From a bacterium (GTDB lineage: Bacteria; Patescibacteriota; Patescibacteriia; SG8-24): 64,000 bases of DNA. Each line of letters begins with the position of its first letter. Position 1 is the stretch's first letter. The notes under the pieces were generated by a model, which saw nothing but the letters and a program-made list of their open reading frames with translations, searched no databases and had not been told where the DNA came from. Both the position numbers and the translations under genes were made by a program. Positions 58,536 to 64,000 of the stretch are shown piece after piece. Location: positions 46 through 64,045 of the forward strand of contig JAHFIV010000001.1 of the NCBI GenBank assembly GCA_023246225.1, given 5' to 3'.

Positions 58536-59509
58536 AAAGATGCGATCTGTTTCTCTTTGATAGGGACCTCTGCAAAAGTCTCTTCCGGCTGAAAATGAGA
58601 GATGCCGAGCTCATGAAGTCGTGCAAAAAATTTCTTTTGAAACTCTTCACGACGATCTACGACATGAAACTTGAGGATGTCGTCTGAGATAACGACGCGG
58701 CTGTCGTGATTTGCGAGTGTGCGGATTTCGGCAGGAAAAAGCCGACGCTGTATTTTTTTTGCGAACGGCTCTGCAGCACGGAGAATGGGTAGAAAAATAC
58801 GGACCCAGCGCAAAGTGTGTGCCGAGCAAGAACGACGCGCAGAAAGCGCGCCGGGAATTCGCTGCTGTACCCAACTATTCTTTGCGAGAAACGCTGCAAA
58901 TACCCCACCAGCATCGTACAGCGGAATAAGTGATGCGATCCAATAGTGGAGATACGCATCTCCCCCACCCACCGCAACACACGAAAGGTCGAGTGCGTTT
59001 TCAGAAACAAAAAAACTCATACACACTTTGTCGGCATGAGAAGCGTGATTCGGTCGATGGCCGAGCAAAGTTAACGCACTCACGACGATAAACCGCGTCA
59101 CCCATAAAAATCCCGGTCGAACGACCACAAAAAGATCGATGTCGCTTTCGGCATCTGCATTGGAAAGCGCCAGACTGTTGCACACCGCAACGAGCCTGAC
59201 GGATGGGATGAAACTCAACCAACGTGAAACACGACGCGCTTTGCTGAATTTTGATTCCGCAAGTCGATACCGCCGCTGCCGTGTGCGAACGATGGAATCC
59301 CTTCCGGCGAGATGCCAGAATCCGTCATGCACCGCGATCTGTTCAGTTACGCCGCGAAGCGCTTCAAGTATGTGTTGAACGGTCGGTTTTTTTTCTTCTG
59401 AGGAAAAACAATACCGATGCCGCTGAAGTTCCATAAGATTCAGCGGGTAATCAAACAAGTCAAAGTATGCAAGCGTTGCAACGAGAGAACGCTGAAGTGC
59501 GGTGTGCAT
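58532..59509 (-). CDS. hypothetical protein with putative nucleotidyltransferase-fold motif
   Basis: CNSLALSNADAESDIDLFVVV fits the GS...DxD Pol-beta-like NTase pattern. Start taken at ATG 59509 rather than TTG 59512. Confidence 0.4.
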   Translation of the reverse strand: MHTALQRSLVATLAYFDLFDYPLNLMELQRHRYCFSSEEKKPTVQHILEALRGVTEQIAVHDGFWHLAGRDSIVRTRQRRYRLAESKFSKARRVSRWLSFIPSVRLVAVCNSLALSNADAESDIDLFVVVRPGFLWVTRFIVVSALTLLGHRPNHASHADKVCMSFFVSENALDLSCVAVGGGDAYLHYWIASLIPLYDAGGVFAAFLAKNSWVQQRIPGALSARRSCSAHTLRWVRIFLPILRAAEPFAKKIQRRLFPAEIRTLANHDSRVVISDDILKFHVVDRREEFQKKFFARLHELGISHFQPEETFAEVPIKEKQIASL

Positions 59510-59510
59510 C

Positions 59511-59558
59511 AAAAAAGGTGATGAGTGAGCAGCTTACTGTCACTTTATCACCTTTTTT
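59511..59558 (-). terminator. bidirectional terminator-like hairpin between the PRC-barrel gene and the NTase-like gene
   Basis: AAAAAAGGTGAT ... ATCACCTTTTTT with a 24-nt loop. Confidence 0.45.
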
Positions 59559-59592
59559 GATTACCCGTGGACTCTTAGGGAGCCTAAGGAAT

Positions 59593-59913
59593 CTAATTTT
59601 CAACTTCCATGTGGCTTGCGGTACCGCCTGCGGTCTCTACGAGACTTTTCGGAATAATCGCCGCCGCAACGCGCTCGTGCACAGCCGAATCTTCAACTAC
59701 CATCTTTTCAGTATCGATCGATACGACTTGAGAATGGTGAATCAACAAATCATCGGGGAGTAGAGCAGAAAGTAATCTAGATTTTGACACGACATATTGT
59801 TCGACCGCATGCGTGTCGGTATCGAGAACGAATCCCGCGAGCTTCCCTAGCTTCTCGCCACTTTTTTTCGTCACGACTGGGATGTTGCGGAGATCTTCGT
59901 ATCGAACTTTCAT
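59593..59913 (-). CDS. PRC-barrel-like small protein (YlmC/YmxH-like)
   Basis: VVTKKSGEKLGKLAGFVLDTDTHAVEQYVV pattern. Start trimmed to MKVRYEDL. Confidence 0.45.
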   Translation of the reverse strand: MKVRYEDLRNIPVVTKKSGEKLGKLAGFVLDTDTHAVEQYVVSKSRLLSALLPDDLLIHHSQVVSIDTEKMVVEDSAVHERVAAAIIPKSLVETAGGTASHMEVEN

Positions 59914-59915
59914 AA

Positions 59916-60650
59916 TTATTTTGTGCTCGACACCGTTTTTTTCTTGAAAAAAACGTATTGCTGAAAGACGGTGAGCAAATTCATCACGAACCAATACAGC
60001 GCGAGGCCGCCAGGAAGTTTCCAACCAAGAACGACGGTGAGCACCGGCATCATGTACACCATCTGTTTATTCATAACCGCAAGCATTTCCTCATCCTTTG
60101 CTCCAGGTGTTCCTTTTGGTTGGGGACGAGACACCATCATCTTTGCTTGCACATACTGGGTTGCGCCTGCGCAAAGTGCGAGCATAATGTTCGGTTTCGC
60201 GAGATCGATCACACCGAACAACGCAGGGTGAATCACGCCCGGGTGCGGAACAAAGGAATACAAATATTCGAATCCCCCTGATTTTAAACTATCTGACAAC
60301 GCGCGATACAAACCGATGAATACGGGGAGTTGAATCAACACCGGAAGACAGGACGCTGCAGGATTAACTTTCTCCTCCGAATACAACGCCATCGTGGCTT
60401 TCGCAAGCTCCTCCTGCTGATCCTTCGCTGGATATTTTTTCTTTAGTTCATTGATCTTTGGCTGAAGATCAGCCAAAGCTTTTTGGGAACGAAGTGCGCT
60501 CGCTGAAAGTGGCCACATGACCAGCTTCACGATAACGGTAAGCAAAATAATGGCGATGCCGATGTCCTTACCAGGCACGATATCGTACAAACCGATAAGC
60601 AAGTTGAAAATCGGATCGAAAACGATTGCGTGAAAAAGGGCTGAGATCAT
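59916..60650 (-). CDS. yidC: membrane protein insertase YidC (short, Gram-positive/Oxa1-like form)
   Basis: A 244-aa protein with 5 TM segments. Conserved segments IVKLVMWPL and NPAASCLPVLIQLPVFIGLYRAL. Confidence 0.9.
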   Translation of the reverse strand: MISALFHAIVFDPIFNLLIGLYDIVPGKDIGIAIILLTVIVKLVMWPLSASALRSQKALADLQPKINELKKKYPAKDQQEELAKATMALYSEEKVNPAASCLPVLIQLPVFIGLYRALSDSLKSGGFEYLYSFVPHPGVIHPALFGVIDLAKPNIMLALCAGATQYVQAKMMVSRPQPKGTPGAKDEEMLAVMNKQMVYMMPVLTVVLGWKLPGGLALYWFVMNLLTVFQQYVFFKKKTVSSTK

Positions 60651-60665
60651 AACGCGTAGTGACGA

Positions 60666-61898
60666 TTATTCCTCCTTAGACGGTTCCGTTTCGGTAATTG
60701 TGACCACTTCTTCGGGGATACCCTCCGCGATCGCCGGCGCATCTGCAGGAGCGTTCGCTTCGCGAATATTGATCCGCCATCCGGTCAAACGCGATGCAAG
60801 ACGAACGTTCTGTCCACCCTTACCGATCGCGAGCGATAGTTGATCTTCCGGCACCATGACGTCCGCGACTCGCGCGTTTTCATCGAGAGTGATCTGTGTC
60901 ACTTTTGCTGGCGAAAGCGCGTTCGTGATAAACCGCGTCGCATCTTCATCAAACTGAATGATGTCGATCTTCTCGCCGCCAAGTTCGCTGATCACCGTCT
61001 GAATGCGCGTGCCGCGTTGACCGATGCACGAGCCGATCGGATCGACGTTCTCTTGCGTAGAAGACACCGCAACCTTAGAACGAGAACCTGCCTCGCGAGC
61101 GATCATATGAATGTTCACGATTCCACCTGCCACTTCAGGAATTTCCAACATGAACAATTTCTTTACGATCTCTGGATGTGCGCGTGACACCACAACCTCA
61201 GGACCTTTTGTGGTCATGCGTACGTCGGTCACAAAAACCTTCACGCGATCTCCTGATGCGTATCGCTCCGTCGGAATCTGTTCTTCTGGCGGGAGCACGG
61301 CGGTTGTGCGACCGAGATCGATCAACACCATCTTACCATCACGACGCTGCACGGTCGCGTTGATCAGTTCCTTTTCGCGATCCTTGAATTCGTTAAACAA
61401 TTTATTGCGTTCCGCTTCACGAATTTTTTGAATGATCACCTGCTTGGCGGTTTGCGCAGCCATGCGACCGAAAGCAGACGGCACTTCAAGTTTCGTTTTA
61501 ATCTCCTCGCCGATCTCCGCATCCTTCTTCAGCGACTCTCGCGCTGCGGTGACCATGATCTCTGTTTTTGGATTGAACTTTTTTTCTTCCTCGCCTTCCG
61601 CGACACCAGTTTCCTGGCGGCGAGGTCGTTCGTCGCGCATGTTGCGTACGATCTCCGGTTCATTCCCCTCGAGAAGTTCCGTTGGTAACTCCTGATCTTC
61701 TACAACAGTTTTAATATCAAATACTTCAAATTCTCCACTTTCTGGATCGAATGCGACTTTCAAATTCTGATTTTTGGTACCGAAATCTTTTCGGTATGCC
61801 GCAGCGAGTGCGGCTTCGATCGTTTCGATGACCGACTCTGCCGGAATATTTTTTTCCTCGCTAATTTGTGTGATCGCTTGGAGTAATGGTGACGACAT
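60666..61898 (-). CDS. nusA: transcription termination/antitermination factor NusA
   Basis: N-terminal NusA domain, an S1 domain, and two KH domains (GSCIGQRGTRIQ; GKGGQNVRLASRLTGW). Confidence 0.95.
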   Translation of the reverse strand: MSSPLLQAITQISEEKNIPAESVIETIEAALAAAYRKDFGTKNQNLKVAFDPESGEFEVFDIKTVVEDQELPTELLEGNEPEIVRNMRDERPRRQETGVAEGEEEKKFNPKTEIMVTAARESLKKDAEIGEEIKTKLEVPSAFGRMAAQTAKQVIIQKIREAERNKLFNEFKDREKELINATVQRRDGKMVLIDLGRTTAVLPPEEQIPTERYASGDRVKVFVTDVRMTTKGPEVVVSRAHPEIVKKLFMLEIPEVAGGIVNIHMIAREAGSRSKVAVSSTQENVDPIGSCIGQRGTRIQTVISELGGEKIDIIQFDEDATRFITNALSPAKVTQITLDENARVADVMVPEDQLSLAIGKGGQNVRLASRLTGWRINIREANAPADAPAIAEGIPEEVVTITETEPSKEE

Positions 61899-61930
61899 AA
61901 GTTGTTCTTACGATTTAATTGTCCTCCTAA

Positions 61931-62093
61931 GGAACCTCTGAGAAACTATATTCCGAAGCGGGAAACGAGATATTTTTTCTGTCCCGCTTTGATGACGCGC
62001 CACAGACGATGCAGAGCATCGTCGAGGACGCGGCGTCGAAGTGGGCGGGAAAAATAGCCGTTTCTCGCCGGAAGAGAGTTTTGAGGAGGTTCC
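61931..62093. ncRNA. conserved ~163-nt structured intergenic element, copy E2
   Basis: Aligns with 27655..27816. Bounded by GGAACC...GGTTCC. About 35 nt upstream of the nusA start on the minus strand. Confidence 0.45.
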
Positions 62094-62208
62094 TAAATGG
62101 CTGCCTTTTCGATTTTAAGGCAGAAAAAAGACCAGTTTCATTCAGAAACTAGTCATTAACCGAAGTATACATGACAGTGGTCGCTTTGGCAAGGCCACGT
62201 CGGTCGTG

Positions 62209-62778
62209 TCAGTTTCTCAGATCCACCCGAGCGATGCGCGACCCGAAACGAGACATCAGTCGCGTGAGATGCGTATCGGCAAGAAATGGCGTCTCAGAGA
62301 GGCGCTCACGCTCCTCGCGAAGAAACGCTTCCACTTCGCCGACCGATGCCGCTCCGAGAAGCAGGAAATCACGCACGCCCCGTGCGAGCGCGGTGATGTC
62401 ATCATCAGAGAGCGCGATGAAGTACGCAACGACGGTCTCGCGACTCATCGTGTGCGCGTTCACAAGCGGCGGCGATCCACCGCCGTCGTTCTGCACCACT
62501 CGGATATACGCGTCTAAATACGCGTCTTGAAGGAGCGAAAGCAGTCTAGTGTACCGTTTAAATTGCGCGATGTCTGTGGTGACGCGCTCACGCTCACGCT
62601 TGAGTTCGGGGTCACGCCACGCACGAAATCGTGCGGGGATGCCTCGACACCAGGCGACGATGTGCTGCACGAATGCAACCTTCGCCTGCCACCCGGTCAC
62701 CGTGACACCGATCAGCAAAAGAACACCGATGACCACGAGCAGTGCGGCCTTCACGTAGACGAGAAAGAGATCATCCAT
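62209..62778 (-). CDS. hypothetical membrane-anchored protein
   Basis: A 189-aa ORF with an N-terminal TM anchor. Confidence 0.45.
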   Translation of the reverse strand: MDDLFLVYVKAALLVVIGVLLLIGVTVTGWQAKVAFVQHIVAWCRGIPARFRAWRDPELKRERERVTTDIAQFKRYTRLLSLLQDAYLDAYIRVVQNDGGGSPPLVNAHTMSRETVVAYFIALSDDDITALARGVRDFLLLGAASVGEVEAFLREERERLSETPFLADTHLTRLMSRFGSRIARVDLRN

Positions 62779-62830
62779 TATGTACTCCCTATAGCGCTAT
62801 ATCGAACATCATCATAAAAATCGTTCTTTG

Positions 62831-63199
62831 TCAATCTTCGTCGCCAACAGCTGACCGAATGTGGGTAATGCACGGAGACTCGTTCACGAACACCTCGATA
62901 GCAACGACATCGATACGAAATCGCGCACGCGGGCGGTGTGTGGAGGAAAGATACGCAAAAGCGACCGCACGAAGATGCGCACGTTTGGTACGCGTGACCG
63001 ATTCTTCTGGCGTACCAAATCGCGCAGAGCGTCGCGTTTTCACTTCTACAAAAACGACCTCATCACCATCCATGGCAATGAGGTCGATCTCTCCGGCACG
63101 AGTGCGGAAACGTCGAGCGATGATCTTGAGTCCCGATGCGCGGAGAAATTTTTCCGCGAGACGTTCTCCTGCGAGTCCAAGTACATCTTTGGAGTTCAT
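62831..63199 (-). CDS. yraN: YraN-family (UPF0102) endonuclease
   Basis: GEIDLIAMDGDEVVFVEVKTRRS core motif. 122 aa. Confidence 0.8.
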   Translation of the reverse strand: MNSKDVLGLAGERLAEKFLRASGLKIIARRFRTRAGEIDLIAMDGDEVVFVEVKTRRSARFGTPEESVTRTKRAHLRAVAFAYLSSTHRPRARFRIDVVAIEVFVNESPCITHIRSAVGDED

Positions 63200-63621
63200 C
63201 GTTTCTTGGGGAGATATTTTTCAAGCTGCAGACGCTCTTCAATAGACAACCGCAGCGCGGGATAGTCACGCACAATAAATAACGCGACGCGTCCGAGCCA
63301 CACAACAAACAAAAAGAGGGTGCACAGGAACCACAGTCGCATTTGGAAAAAAGGCACTTGTTCGTAGCTCACAAATAATGCGAGAAGACCGAGTGCGCCT
63401 GTCCAAAAAAGTAAACGTGCAAAACGTTTGAGAATATCTGTGCGAAGCGAATCTTTTTTTCTCAAAACATGCGCGGTGATACGAAGCGCGATAGCGGCAA
63501 CGATAAAAAAACCAAAAAACGTCAAAATTTGACTCACGAGCGATGGTCCAAGCGGAACGGGGTTGGGATTGAACCAGTAGTGAACATTAAGGAAGGCGGA
63601 ATATCCACGAAGAAAACCCAT
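63196..63621 (-). CDS. hypothetical polytopic membrane protein
   Basis: A 141-aa ORF with 4 TM segments. Overlaps yraN by 4 nt. Confidence 0.45.
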   Translation of the reverse strand: MGFLRGYSAFLNVHYWFNPNPVPLGPSLVSQILTFFGFFIVAAIALRITAHVLRKKDSLRTDILKRFARLLFWTGALGLLALFVSYEQVPFFQMRLWFLCTLFLFVVWLGRVALFIVRDYPALRLSIEERLQLEKYLPKKR

Positions 63622-63710
63622 AGCAAGCGTACGGAGTGATACCCTTTAATCTGCACATGGTAAAAGAGCGGCGCGAAAAAGGCAAGTTATTACATTTCGA
63701 ACAACCACTT

Positions 63711-63915
63711 TGTCATTCCGGCCCCATCTCTGTCATTCCTCTCTTCTGTTGTCATTCCGGGCCGTAACCCGGTCCTTTTCCTTGTCATTCCGGGCCGTGA
63801 CCCGGAATCCACGTAACAAAGTAACCAAACAGTTTTTGTTTGGTCTTTTTTTACGTTCTGGATTCCGGCTCGGGGGCCGGAATGACATGTTCCGGCTCGG
63901 AGGCCGGAATGACAA
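63711..63915. repeat. MITE-like palindromic repeat cluster R5
   Basis: Four tandem TGTCATTCC units, CGGGCCGTGACCCGGAATCC, a CCAAACAG-N-TGTTTGG hairpin with a T-run, and a TTCTGGATTCCGGCTCGGGGGCCGGAATGACA terminal palindrome. Confidence 0.8.
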
Positions 63916-64000
63916 AAGAGGAGGTGTAAAACGACAAAGGAGGGGTCGCGCAAAGGTTTTATTTCACGTACACGAGTCCGTAATGATACGGCCCCGGCGT

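Noticed and set aside
61920-61930. AGGAGG on the minus strand as the nusA Shine-Dalgarno sequence
   Set aside because: It lies about 26 nt from the ATG, too far for an SD. It is more likely part of the terminal stem of the E2 element.

Overview
This 64-kb window is a bacterial chromosomal segment with a backbone of roughly 52-56% GC. Backbone housekeeping genes on the minus strand include groES-groEL with a perfect CIRCE operator, nusA, a short-form yidC, prfB with the canonical +1 frameshift site CTT TGA C, rsmA/ksgA, tsaC, an MFS transporter, an NAD-dependent epimerase, yraN and an O-antigen-ligase family gene. The gene content (a giant Cys-rich surface protein, Gram-positive-type T4SS parts, comF, many small hypothetical proteins, dense palindromic repeats) resembles CPR/Patescibacteria-like or other reduced genomes, but that lineage call is tentative.

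The left third (about 1.5-19.6 kb) is an AT-rich accessory mosaic of roughly 36-46% GC. It carries an IS256-family transposase next to a ParB-like gene, and a minus-strand operon of a secreted trypsin-like protease plus genes sharing a novel paralogous domain. It also holds an integrative element (Prim-Pol/P4-type primase, excisionase, tyrosine integrase) abutting tRNA-Ser(TGA), then an XRE/DUF2975 pair. Two short patches inside this block are GC-rich (over 60%).

The middle holds an ABC exporter, a pentapeptide-repeat protein and a copper-resistance cluster (CopA P1B-ATPase, an HMA-fused CcdA/DsbD-like membrane protein, a cupredoxin-like protein, a Met/His-rich protein).

An ~20-kb minus-strand cluster is bounded on one side by rsmA and on the other by an RBBP9/YdeN-like serine hydrolase gene. 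In transcription order it encodes a TSP3-repeat Ca-binding protein, a translationally coupled 3280-aa Cys-rich giant protein, a VirB6-like polytopic protein, two proline-rich proteins, a PrgI/VirB3-like protein, a VirB4 ATPase split into an N-domain ORF plus an ATPase ORF, a VirB8-like anchored protein, and ComF. No VirD4 or relaxase is present, which suggests a ComB-like DNA-uptake or cell-contact apparatus rather than a conjugation system.

Two non-coding repeat families stand out. MITE-like palindromic clusters (13-nt terminal inverted repeats TGTCATTCCGGCC) occur at five loci, one of them read in-frame inside a CDS. A ~163-nt element occurs in two copies and shows compensatory base changes in three stems.

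A tandem trio of paralogous small HTH-like proteins lies directly downstream of groEL. No rRNA genes and no CRISPR arrays were found.
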